DNA of 64,000 nucleotides from Albugo candida. Its lineage: Eukaryota. Both the position numbers and the translations under genes were made by a program. Where the stretch lies: assembly GCA_040437565.1 (NCBI GenBank), contig JBDOQK010000074.1, positions 62,001 through 126,000 on the forward strand, written 5' to 3'. Of the stretch, positions 1 through 12,525 are shown one piece after another (within the stretch, counting starts at the first letter, position 1; the number at the start of each line of letters is the position of its first letter). Under the pieces are notes generated by a model that worked only from the letters and a program-made list of their open reading frames with translations, made no database searches and was not told the origin of the DNA.

Positions 1-83
1 TGCTATTCGTTGGGAGAAATCGAGCACTCTCACCAGATGGGAACATAAACGTGCTCAGCACTCACATCACAGCCCGTTCCCTT

Positions 84-103
84 CCTCTCCTCTCCTCTCC
101 TCT
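84..103. repeat. (CCTCT)4 microsatellite
   Basis: cctctcctctcctctcctct read directly. Confidence 0.7.
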
Positions 104-285
104 TATCGCATTTTCTATTTCTATAATGGCGGAGTAGAGACAGTCCAACCATATGATATTGTTAACGCATTACTGCATTGTGTCACACAGTCTTCAGAGC
201 AGCCCGCTGCTTTAACGCACAGCAGCAGAAATCCACGCCGTTCGTTGAAAATGTGTAATAATTCCTGTAATTTCGCTGAGATCTT

Positions 286-3200
286 CTAGTACACCAACGC
301 TTGGGTTGAGAAATCAGGGATGACCGGTACAGCTTGCACAAGATGCGATAGAGAGGGGAATGCAATTTCCAATTGCGCTGGAAGCGAAGCATTCACAAAA
401 TCAACCTGATCTTCTGCTGCTACTCGCAAGATAATCTCGAGCAACTCTTTGAGTCGCCACATAAACCAAATGGAACTCAAGACAATTCGTAGCCAATGCG
501 ATCGGTTCTCAGGTTTGGTAACTACGCTCGAGCATTCTCGCTGCAAAACGGCGTGGTCTGCCAAGTGTAAGGCCGTTAAACCAAATGCATGGAGCCACAA
601 AACGGCGCTGTTACGAAAAATGCATGTCAACTGCTCTTGTTCTTTTGAAAATTGGAGTAGGAAGAAGAAGAAAACAGCTTGTAGTGTTCTTTTCGAGCCA
701 TCCTTCTTGTCTTGCATCTCGTACAATTGTAGAAATCTCTTAGTCCCCTCGGCTGAATGAGAGAGCGATTTGATCATAATGTGCATGATAACCCGCTGAT
801 ACATAAACTCGAGCCAATTTTGGTTGACATAGTTGGAGTCACCGAGTCTGTGCACAGAATCCACCCATTCTGCATTCAATTTAACGAGATCCTCACCGGA
901 TATGAAGCTACAGTTCTCAGTGTTTCTCACCAAAATATTAGCTGACCAGATATATTCCACAAAGCGGTCGATTATGCTTTCGTCAGTACGCGTGCTCACG
1001 TCTCGTACATCTTTTGCTTCCATTGTTGCATAAAGTGACCAATACAGCACGCGCAGCTTGCAAACAGTGTTCAAATTAGAAGGAGCCGCATTCAGCAGAG
1101 ATTCCTCGAATAGCACCGCATCATTATGCACCCACTTTGTGTATTGATCTGACTTCATTTGTGCCATTTCGAAGCAATCAATGACACCCCGAACGAGATG
1201 AAAATACTGCTGCATTAAGATATCATCTGGAATCAAGTGATTCCTGGACCATTGCACATATAGTACCGGCGGATAGACTGCATGGTAGTCATTCTGACTG
1301 CGACAAATGACGTGATGCAAGTCCATAAGTGTTTCCAACCAATGCAATGACCAAGGAGGCCTCCCGAGCCAATCTATGATGTCAGAATCACTGCGAGTAC
1401 GTCCGCCAAACCAGTTTTGTAATAACGCAGCCATTTTCACGTCGCACGATAGCAGCAATTTTGGGAATAAGATTTTCAACACACTAAAACCACAATCAAG
1501 GCTCCTGCGTCGCCTTGATTCAGTTGATAACATCGGGGTACTTGTCGCTCGTGTGATTTGATCCAGTGCTTCTTTGAGACAAAAAAAAATGAAATCGTTC
1601 GCATCCGCTCTTTCACCACACAAAAACGAGGAGCAAAGCTGAAAAAACTGGCTACAGAGCAATAACATATGCGATATCTTCGTGTCTAATTCCATGATCT
1701 GGGCATTGGGATATTGCACGCAGCTCTTTTTGAAAAGCTCGGTCAATAAATCGCTCCAAAGTATTGTTTTACTCATAGTTTCATTGAAAATTCCATTCTG
1801 TATCCAATCCAACTCATCCTGTAAAATACTCGAATCAAACTTGAAATAATCTTTGAAAACGCTCAAGCCATAATCAAAATCAAAGCATAGCAAATTCCAA
1901 ACTTCATCCTTTCTTTGTGGCCGAATCGCTTTTGCAATGCAAATGTTAAAATCTTTTTGGCGCTCGAAATCTCTGTACAGCACCAGGAAAGAAATAAGTT
2001 CCTTGCGCTCATCATTCTCTCGATATGCAATATTTGTGAGTTTGCGAATACGATGCAGCAACCAAGGTATATAAAAAGTGGGATTTTTGCCAGGAAAGAT
2101 CACCTCTTCATTCAATCTTTGCGTTTGAGGGGCGATATCCCTCGACATTGCGCCCCACGTCAGATAAAATATTGCTTCTGCTCTTGCACATTTGGGATTG
2201 GTGGCATACTTTCTCATCTGTTCCAAAACCTCCACGGGTATGGAGATGGAAGCTGTTATCAGTGTGCAGACACATAGCGTCTGTGCCAGAAGTTGAGCCA
2301 TCTCTTCAGGTACCAACGATTCGTGATAAATGGCCAGGCAGTGCGCATAGAAGCGCACGAATTCTACTCTTTGTGCGAAATTATCTTGCAAGTACTTTTG
2401 AACCAGTCGAGCATGCATCATAGGTGATGGAGTTTGGACAAGGTATTCGAAATATGGCAATAAAACGCTATTCCAGATCACGTTCATTACCCGTTTTTCA
2501 TGTTGAGAGTCAATGCTGGATAATCGATTCAATGATTCTCCAAGCTTGCTCAAATAATGTTGCAGAATGTCTGCTGAGATCTTTATATCTTTCAACTCAA
2601 CCTTTTCATTCGAGGGTTCTATCAATGAGCGTATGCTGTCTCGTACGTTCATTTCCAAGCGATTGATTTTATGGTTTTTCAAACTATTTCCAAGACAAGC
2701 AACGAAATCATGGTATTTGCACATCGGGACTAGACCAATCTTCGCTAATGACTGGATGAACGCTGCCCACTCCAAAAACGAGATCGAATTGGTCCCTTGA
2801 TTCGAACACTGATCCAAACAGAGCCTAAGAAATTGTGATTTCCAATGCGGACCACGAGCCAAAAACATCTGCGTCAAGTTGGACGATAGTCTACGATGGT
2901 TTCGATGATACGTTGATTCCCGTATGACAGTTTCCAACGCCTCATGTTCAATGACACTTGACGCACGCTTTTTCTTTTTTCGAATGGATGAATAGTGGAG
3001 AAGTGCTTCATGTTGTAACTTATAGGCCTGTTGACAAATCGAAGCCAATGCATCATTCCGTGTTTGTTTCAAATGTGATTCGATGACACGTATCTGTTCT
3101 TTGAGTCGATGTACGCAGTAGGCATCGATTGGTGTCCTGCAAACATCACGCCCATGCTTGAGTAGAAAGTCACACATAAAAGATAAATCCCTCCTTGATC

Positions 3201-4784
3201 GTATCAGGATGCAGCTCTTCTCTAGGCATCTCGGAATGTTATCTAATTGATTTTCTGAATCTGTAGAGGTCCCATGTATTTGCGTAGTTGGTGAAAAGTG
3301 CATCAGAAACCACATGTCATAGCACTCTCCTGTTTCTGATATCAATGTATGCTCGAACAAACTCTTATCAACTACGGCAACAAGGCTCAAAATCAATGCC
3401 ATGGTGTCATGATTCTTCTTCTGTATTGCCTCGACAGCCGATTCATGCGCAAGTTGCAGTAATAAACCAGCCGATTTGGTCGAATGTGATTGAATTTGCA
3501 AGTATGCCAATCGGTTCAAAGCTTCTGCACCGTCCTTTCGATTCTCTTTTGTACAACTGAGTAACTCTTTAGAGTATCGTCGAAACACCTCGAGAAGAAA
3601 ATAATACGCAATCATCCTACAATGAGTAACGATAAAAAGTGTCTTACCTGAAGTAAACTTTCTGGCGCCATATATTTGCAATATAATTTCCACGTTTTTT
3701 CCCTGTCCGATGATCCAACATGTTGACCCTTTCCAACGCCTCCTACCAAAATGTATAATTGTGCAATAAGGAATTCGATGATTGCGTTCTTTGATCCTAT
3801 TGAGCCTCTTTCTGCTACATGGTGGAGGGATTTGAGCACGCTTTCCTGAAGACACGTAGTAGAAGTAGTTCTCATCAGAATTGTGAGCAACATCAAGTTA
3901 TAGTATCGTGTTGTGTTCCCATTTTTATCCGGTGTAAAGCTTGTAGAGGCATTCATCTCTGGTGGAGACCCACTTGTAAATATATAACTTCCTGTGTGAT
4001 GAAGAATATCTTCTATAATCGTATGCGTTGATTTCACTCTCATATATAGCAGTAGATTTTGCAGTAAGGGGTATTCTGTACAAGATTCCTGACCATGAGA
4101 CAACCCGCAAATTGTATGCGGTGGATGCTTTAGCCAAAAGTCAATGTCGTGATATATGTCAATGAGAAAACCATTTGTTACGTTATAGGTGTTTATATCT
4201 GCACTCATCCTTCGCGTTGTAAGACACACGCGTTCCTCATGATACAAGCATATCTGAGATATCGAGAACTGGAATGGTACGATTTCCAGTAGGTGCAAAA
4301 ACCAAAGCAGTAGTATAATTGAGTGTTCTGATCGGCTATTTTGCTTCATTGTCATTATTGAAGTCGGGCTGAGGTTGGCAAATATATGTGTACAAAGCTG
4401 TAGCAATACACAAGTGATTGACTTCCCGCTTCTGACTAACTGTAAATATTCACTTAGATGCTTGATGAATTCAAACTCCTCAACAGCGCCATCGCATAAA
4501 ACCATCTCTACACATACGCCTTTTGCAAGTGAACGTTTGATTGAGCCGACCAATTCTCGATAGGATGTGTACATTCTTGTGCAAGTCTTCAAATCGTGCA
4601 ACTTGGACTCGACCTGAAGCTGTCGAACCTCATTTGTGTCAGAGGTGCAATATTCAAATGAAATTGGTGGTTTAGTGGAGCGGATCAAAGAGAATACTTT
4701 GTTTTTGATTGGAAGTAGTGAATCTTGTTTACGTGAAGTCGCAACGTGAGCCGAATGATCAGTTTCAAGCGAGACGAGGACCAT
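286..4784 (-). CDS. Large hypothetical protein (about 1480 aa, Leu-rich, probably alpha-helical), likely two exons
   Basis: Two long overlapping ORFs (3612..4784 and 286..3855) in different frames. There is a strong donor CAG|GTAAGA near 3648 on the minus strand. A 59-nt intron ending at ttttcttctcGAG restores the frame. No recognisable domain. Confidence 0.7.
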
Positions 4785-7700
4785 GAAGTATCAGTAATTA
4801 CATAAACAGCAATGAATTGATATTAGTCGCCAAGAAGTGCGGTCATGTTTGTGATGTAAGAAAGAATGAGAATATAGACATTCTCTTTGGATGTAATTAT
4901 GTACAAGGTATACACGGAAACACTTTTAAGGCAAACGACGTAGTGCCATGAGGCAATCGGATTTCTTTGACGCTCGTTCGGTTGATTGACTCTTTATAAC
5001 ATGCGTCCGATAAATTATGCCGTACAACACGGCAATCCGCATGTGATAGCTTAATACACCCTTTGAGAGGTACTGAACTGATACGTACGTTTTCCAAAAA
5101 GATAAGCGGTGCATGGATGAGTGGCCACCAGTACCGTGTGGGACCACGATCGGTATTTCCAGATCTTACATGTGGCAGCATCATACATGTTCCACGATAT
5201 TACCATGCTTCAACGACACGCCAGATCAGAATCTAGTTGGCTCGTCTCATAGAAATTATTCAGCTCGGCTTCTCATGAAACCTAGTTGTCTTCGCTTGAA
5301 TCACCTTACTCTCAGCGAATTTTTGATTCCCAATGTCAATTTTTCACAGTTCCGGTGCATGTTTCCGGCGACTTTTGCAAAAGATTCATATGATTGGCCT
5401 GATTATAAACATTTTATTGATGATCATTCAGATTGATCGATTTTATTGCGCGTAAAGACGAACTAATACCACCGTCATAGCTCTTAAAGTACATAGATAA
5501 ACCAGTAACGTTAACAGGAGCAAAAAGTGAAGAATCATCCTCTACCGGCTGTGGTCGTGAATTATAGCGATATCGATACAGCGCTTACCATGCTTCTAGT
5601 TGTCCTCAGTTGCTGTATTTGCATCGCCTCGCACACATATATAATCAAATGCGTGTAGTCCTGATCTACCACTTCCCCATTGCTAGATGTAATTAGTTTC
5701 TTTATGGTCATTTGTCAGTGGCATGCGAAATATCTCTGTCGATGCTGCAAGGCTCTGCTCACCTCTCATGTCAATTTTGTCGGGACCACAATTTCGTCCT
5801 ACTGTAACGAATTATATCAACGTAGCCTCAAATTCTCTGGTTCCAATCATATGGATCTGTATGGTTCGCACCAAAACAATCAAATATTTATATGTCAACA
5901 AGGCTTGCTCAACGAGATGCGTCAAATATGACTGATTTAGTTTTGAGTGACCTGTGATACCAGCAATGCTACCAGCGTATTATTGTGTGCCTCTATAGCC
6001 GGTGATAAATAATTCGAGGATTCTATGATTGTGGTGACTATGCTATTTCTTAACATTCTCTAAAATGGCAACTTCGTAGAAACACGAAAATCTTGACCGC
6101 TATCTGCTAATTGGCTTTTCTTATCGCCACTCGAAGACACAAAGCATTCGCCTTTGGAGAACTTGATTACCCCTGCAAATAATCATTACCCGTATCAACT
6201 TCCACAGTGGTATATTTTGCCAGAATCTCTGTTGAAAATTACTACTAGGGATCTTTTTGGCAAACAAAGCTTTGGATGTCGTGTGTCTAACATCGCTATT
6301 GCAATTGAGATGTGGCCGATAGTAACGAGTTTATTGACGTATACGTGTATAAATGAATAATCCTGCTTTCCATAGATCAGCAAACATGAGACCATCACTT
6401 CTCTACAAGCAGGGCAAACTAAGTTAAGAAGTACATGTGAAACAAGTGTCTCAAACCAAGCTGCCACTTCCTCTAATCCACAGTATTTGCTATTATTTCC
6501 GTTCATGATGTAAGAAGCATGCTTGTGATAAACGGCAAGAATAGAAATCTGTATGAAAAGAATACTGAGAAGTAAGTTACTCAAATTTGCTGAAATCTCG
6601 AGCACACTAAAATACGTTGATATCAAAAGTGGTAGAGAGAGGATGATCAGAGCCTTGGGCAGTTCAAACAAGGCTTACAGAATCAGAGAATCCATAGAAA
6701 GATTATGGAGCCATAGGCCGGGCCGGTACATATACGTCGATAGTGACTGGAGTGAGAGATACCTTCAACCTTCCTAATTTGCCAAAGTGCTGCAATTAAC
6801 TTTACTTCACGCACTATTGCGTCCGCATATCAATAAAGGAGACGATGCTAGAGCATCCTTCAAGCTTATGTGGTAAGCCAAACGGGTCGAAGCGTTGCTT
6901 TTAATATCAAAATTTTTGGCAGCTGTCATTTGTTGTCACATTCGAATATACACACATCGTATCTTTAGTAAAGTAGCTCCCATTGATGTTTCGAACCGAT
7001 GCGAGATAGAACATAAGCACATGGTCTATGTAGGCAATTATACAGAGATTTCCGATGGGGTCACCCATGAAGGAGACGCTCATGGGTTGGAAGTATTTCT
7101 ACGACAAAGTCGAGATAGAAGCATGGATTTATTGTTCAGTTTGGTGAAAAACGTTTTGCCAGGTATTGTATCTCAGCTTGACTTACGTTATAACGCTACT
7201 TTCATAATACTAAAAAACGGATCCCCATTGAGTAAGAGGGTTCAACTGGGACCAAAAGGGAGATTGGGTTATGACATCACGCCGGTAGTATTCATCCGTC
7301 CTCAAAAATGACTGCACCGAATCATGCGTCAGATACGTGTCACAATTACTCATTGTGTGGCACAGTGCGAAATTCGCTTGTGTACTAAAGAAAGGATTCT
7401 GGCTGCATGCATCCCAATTGATGTGTCACTACGATTTGACAGAAAAGTTGGATATGAAGAGACCGAGATCGTAAATGACCAGAACAGTATTTGTTGGGTG
7501 ATAAAGAGGATATGTAGGATGTGGTTGATAAAACCAAGTAGACGTACGCTTTATATGTAACAGGCATGCTGACCCGTTGGGATCTAATGTATTGTTTCTA
7601 TTGATTACCGGTGGATCAGATTGTATTGAGTAAAGTACTAAATAATGAGTAAATATCTCTTGAGCCGTTCAAACCAAATTATTGCAATTTTATCAGCATT

Positions 7701-10700
7701 TTCGCGATGTCATCTTATATCCGTAAAGGTGTATTCTAGCCATTAATCATGTTTACTTAAGTATTTTAGCTGGCATCGGTGAGAACTAGCCAGATTTTGC
7801 ACTTCTTCAACGCTTCCCATGATGTTTCTGGAAAGCAACACGAGAGACAGTCGGGTTTTATAACTCGGGTGGATTGTTGAAGTATCATGGTCTGAGCCTG
7901 GGATTCGCTTCGGCAAGCGCAAAATGTGCCCATAAAGATGCTATCGGTCTGATATGCTACCAGAAAGGTACAGTCTGAGTATTCGCGAACAATGCCTTAT
8001 CAATGATATGAGCGAGAGATTGTATAAAAAGAGTGCGGCGAAGTTGGAAACATTTAAATTAGCTGAAATCTTTTTTTGCCAATGCTCATGTACCCCCAGT
8101 TGTAGATTAAGATTGACAATATATACATGGTACATAGACGGAATCGTAGGTCTGTAGAGATAACTCGGCGACATATTCATCGTCTCCAGAGTTCAATGAA
8201 CTCTATTTTTGCCTGAATTGTCTTCTGCGCTACCTCTATGTAGTTGCATGTGGCATGCCTGATTTTCGATGGTTATCCCATTCATGGTCCTTAGTACTGG
8301 AGGTTTTGTCTGTACGCTTGGAATTGGACGCATATATGTAGAGAGCCATCTGTCGAAGACTTCCTGTGTAGTGACGAAGATTGTGTTGAGAATTTCTTCC
8401 CAGGTCGAATAATTTTTGCGTTACCGGCATTGATAATTGCACTGAGCTTCTTCATACTTGCTTTCAGTCAGGTACAGAGGTTACGGAATACTAATTTAAT
8501 ATAAATGATGAATATTTATATATTTGGGAATAATTTANNNNNNNNNNNNNNNNNNNNNNNNNNNNNNNNNNNNNNNNNNNNNNNNNNNNNNNNNNNNNNN
8601 NNNNNNNNNNNNNNNNNNNNNNNNNNNNNNNNNNNNNCATTCATGGTCCTTAGTACTGGAGGTTTTGTCTGTACGCTTGGAATTGGACGCATATATGTAG
8701 AGAGCCATCTGTCGAAGACTTCCTGTGTAGTGACGAAGATTGTGTTGAGAATTTCTTCCCAGGTCGAATAATTTTTGCGTTACCGGCATTGATAATTGCA
8801 CTGAGCTTCTTCATACTTGCTTTCAGTCAGGTACAGAGGTTACGGAATACTAATTTAATATAAATGATGAATATTTATATATTTGGGAATAATTTAAATC
8901 TTCTGATGGTGTCATAAGAAGGGTTCTTTTTTCTCTGAAGTTTCGACAGCGTTGATGATGAATGTGGCAGGTGAGCATGGTGCTCGGGTTACTTCGTCTC
9001 AACGGTTCTCCCACGACGTTTTGGTCCTTGGGTACGACTGAAAATCAAGACTCAAGCTGAGGTCTTGAATTTTCACTATCGTAAATCCGGTAGTTAAAGT
9101 ATTTTTTTTGCATGAGAGAGGCCTTTGCTATCGTTTCCAATGTTATGGTGGTTGATCTCGGATGATTAGAGAGTTATGTGTGGGAAGAAATTCTCACTAT
9201 ATGAAGCAGTTCCACCAACGATCTTCTGCCTTCGTGTTCAATAAGGCGACGCGAACGAAGAAGCATACGATATATCAGGGAATTGTCTGCCGTGATAGCG
9301 AGTCAGACTTGTTGTTCTCGGGCGTGAAGAAAAAAATGTATGAGTCATATATGGCCGTAATGGATGTAAGGTTGAGGCTGATTATTTCGTCAACTGCTGT
9401 AGTGATTTTATCTAGTGGGGCGTGCCACTTAACGTTTTCGGTGTCGGATAGACTGTTAGTAATGTGAGTTTGGAGTTGCTCAAGCACTCTTTTGTTGCGG
9501 AAATATAATCTATGTAGAATATTTATTAGCGATAAAATTTTGGTGGAAGCTGATATTAATCTGTGGTCGCTGTAAACATATGTGTAAGGGTGTCTTTAAG
9601 CAGGAAGTTGTATATGTACTGAGACGGGAAGACAATACTCGTAACTTTGATTGAGTATGTGTTATGTGCTACGGGTACTCTCTACGTTGATACTTTCCAG
9701 CTCGTTTCTTGAATGCTTTTTTGGCAGGGCGAAATTTTTAGCGCCGCAAAATTCGTCCGATTAAGCTCCACTATGGGTGCGATATCCTCTACGTGAGATT
9801 TCACACCGTCGTCGATAACAGTGTAGTAGAATCGGTGGTGTAATGGCTGTATGTCGTTTTCTCTCGCAAAAATCCTCTGCATCGATTTTAGGTCTTCTTG
9901 AATGAGGAGTATACACAGTGATGAGTAGTTTGAATGCAACAGGAGACAAGACTATGAGCTGGTGAGTGGCAATTAGGTCAGTAACTGTTCAATAGTGATA
10001 CATGTGGGCTATATTCTGCGCAAGATGGTAGAGTGGGAATATAACTGAATTCAAGCCCGATAATAAGATCACCTTTGTACCTTCGGCTGTATGCATTTAA
10101 GAAACTTGCGTTAATTCCGTTTCCTCTTGAAGAAGAAATTCCGTCTAGCTTCGAAAGGATGTGCTACTACTTGATTGTGACGTGAGGCGTTCTTCTCAAA
10201 CTGTCGATCTTACCAGAGCGGTAGACATCGAGGAGCCAGTTCGTACAGGTCATAGCTCCACGAAATTAATGTGGTTGCGAAAGAGAACTTACTTGAAATG
10301 CAGAGCGTAATTATGTCGCCTCTCCGATACAATCTGACACTTCGAAACTCTGACGTTCTGATCTTCTGACTCTTGTACACCCTGAATGTTTGGTTCCTTT
10401 GACGAAATGATGAGTAATTGTCATGAAGTTGAATAAGGTAGGTTGTGGCAGCATATGCAAGCTTTTAGTTTTTTAGGGTACTTAGCAACAACTGAAGTGT
10501 GCACTTATATGACCCATGTAGACTATATGGATGTGTCAAAATCTTTCTTATACGCTCGGGTTGATCATTTACTCTATTATCTAAAGGTAGGCCCGAAACA
10601 AGGAGCACGAAACACCCTCGAAAATTTACAGAGCTCTGCTCATTTCCACGGCCGTAACATGCAGTCTCATGGAGATAGTCTATAAGTTAAGTATATTGAG

Positions 10701-11219
10701 TGCATAAGAGATGCATTCGACAAGAAGGATTGCGAAATCGTTTGAACAAGTTATGGCCAGGTGCAAGAATACCTCAGCCTTGATATATGGAATGCAGCTT
10801 GCAGACTCTTGGCAAAGTAAAAGCATTATGTCAAAATCATGTATTTGAAGTATATGATACACAAATTCATAGTGATACATCCATCGTGATACATTCGCAG
10901 AATTCAACACCACCAACATATTTCTAAGAGATGTTCTGTGTATGACGGGGATGATTTCCGTCAACAATCCGAAATATGCTGCCGAATGTGGAATGTCCTT
11001 TTTTTTTCATAGCTAGGGAAGCCCGAGCACGAAGCTGGATTGTGTGGCTTCGCTCAAACTTTCACGAAGGTACATGCGATGTTCTTGCCAAATTAAACGA
11101 CCCCTCTGATCAAACAACCTTCCTATCGCCTATAACCGATAAAAAGATGAGCAGTGTATGCGATCAAGATTATGCTAGAGTGGACGGTACTTGGATCGAA
11201 GCCTTCCTTCTTCAAACCA

Positions 11220-11233
11220 TTCATTTCCCATTT
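11220..11233 (+). promoter_or_regulatory. Oomycete Inr-FPR-like core promoter
   Basis: TTCATTTCCCATTT resembles the oomycete TCATTYYNCAWTT element and lies about 40-50 nt upstream of the ATG at 11270. Confidence 0.55.
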
Positions 11234-11269
11234 ATACATATTGTACACATTTGGTATACGTATACAAAA

Positions 11270-12525
11270 ATGGACAAAACAATCGCCAGACTTATCAAGG
11301 GCGAAGCGCTTTATGGATATCATAGTGTTCTCCAGGCACTCGAAGTCGCACATAGAGATATTTACACCTTATACATAAAGGCCGAAAGTGATCGAAAACA
11401 AGACGGGAAAGCTAGGCAATTTACCAATAAAATTTTACACCTTGCGAAGATACATGAAATTGCTGTTCGGCCACTGGAGTAAAGCACTTGACCATTTCTT
11501 CAAAATTCTGAAAATTCACCTACTATCGGCTCTGTCCGTCTCTTAGCAAGTGGACTTTGAATAAAATTTCTAATGATAGACCACACCAGGTATCACAAAC
11601 ACGTCTACATTTTTCTGTCATCTACTGTCATTAAGCTGAATAGGGTGTCATCTTGGATGCAAGTCCGCTCGAAATCCCTTTCTGTGAACCAGTCAAACCT
11701 AGAGAAGATCAGGTATACGTACACATGAGCGGTTGTTACATTTACTGCTAACTTAAGCTGCAGTTCCCGGTGTTGCTTGCCCTCGATGAGATACAGGACC
11801 CTCAAGTACATTGTATTTACTAGCGCTTTGTTTGCCCACTGATGACATAAGGTTATCAGAATCTTGGAGCAATACTGAGAACAGCACACTTTCTCGGTTG
11901 CAGCGGTGTCGTAATGGGTCACAAAAATTGTGCACCACTCTCCCCGGCAGTGCGTCCATACAATCTCGCATGTGCAATGTCTCAGAAGATCATAATAGGT
12001 GTCGCGGGCATCTGCCGGAGCGTTGGAGATATTAGCAGCGGCTGTAAGACTGTGTTTTCAAGACTGAAATTTCATATTGGCACGCTTCACCAAACTGAAC
12101 TTGTTCTTCTCATCAGAGCATGCTCTCACAAGCACAATGTATGCACGAATTCTTGGCTCGAAGTAACGCTCTGTCTTGGCGTACTATTGGAGCATCTTGT
12201 AGCAAGCACGCTACTCCAATCACCGGCTTCTCGAAGAGATGCCCAACTATCCTTGTAATGGTGAGAAAATCCGTCAATAGGTTAACATTTCTCAATGAAA
12301 AGAATCGATGTGCTGTAGGGCAATGAGCAACGAGGGCTTCGAAAAAATATCACAAAATGCTGTGATCAGCTTGTCCGTATCGCCGGTACGTCGATAATTG
12401 TGGCATTCACAGTCACCCTGCTGAATGACCCGTTAGGTAAAAGTGAGCAAGAGTTTACAAATGTCGACTCACTAAATGTGAGTGTGGCAAGTGGCATTCT
12501 TTTGCATGAATTGCTCAAATGCTAA
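11270..12525 (+). CDS. MRM1: SpoU/TrmH-family 2'-O-ribose rRNA methyltransferase (RlmB/MRM1-like), 9 exons
   Basis: Introns 11479-11546, 11590-11643, 11713-11763, 11806-11859, 11950-11998, 12044-12116, 12261-12318 and 12386-12436 (all GT..AG, 49-73 nt) splice to an open frame. Motifs: LYGYHSV, RPHQGVILDA, LALDEIQDPQNLGAILRTAHFLG, VSRASAGALE, LVMGNEQRGLR, VDSLNVSVASGILL. Confidence 0.9.

Noticed and set aside
449..4563. Short plus-strand ORFs opposite the large gene
   Set aside because: They are antisense shadows of the long minus-strand coding sequence.
4926..5147. GTGGHSSM resembling an M20 peptidase motif
   Set aside because: It is an isolated motif in a short frame with stops nearby and no other family motifs.
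8278..8896. Direct repeats flanking N gaps (also near 30.5, 46.7, 53.9, 59.4 and 61.1 kb)
   Set aside because: They occur systematically at scaffold gaps, so they are assembly artefacts.
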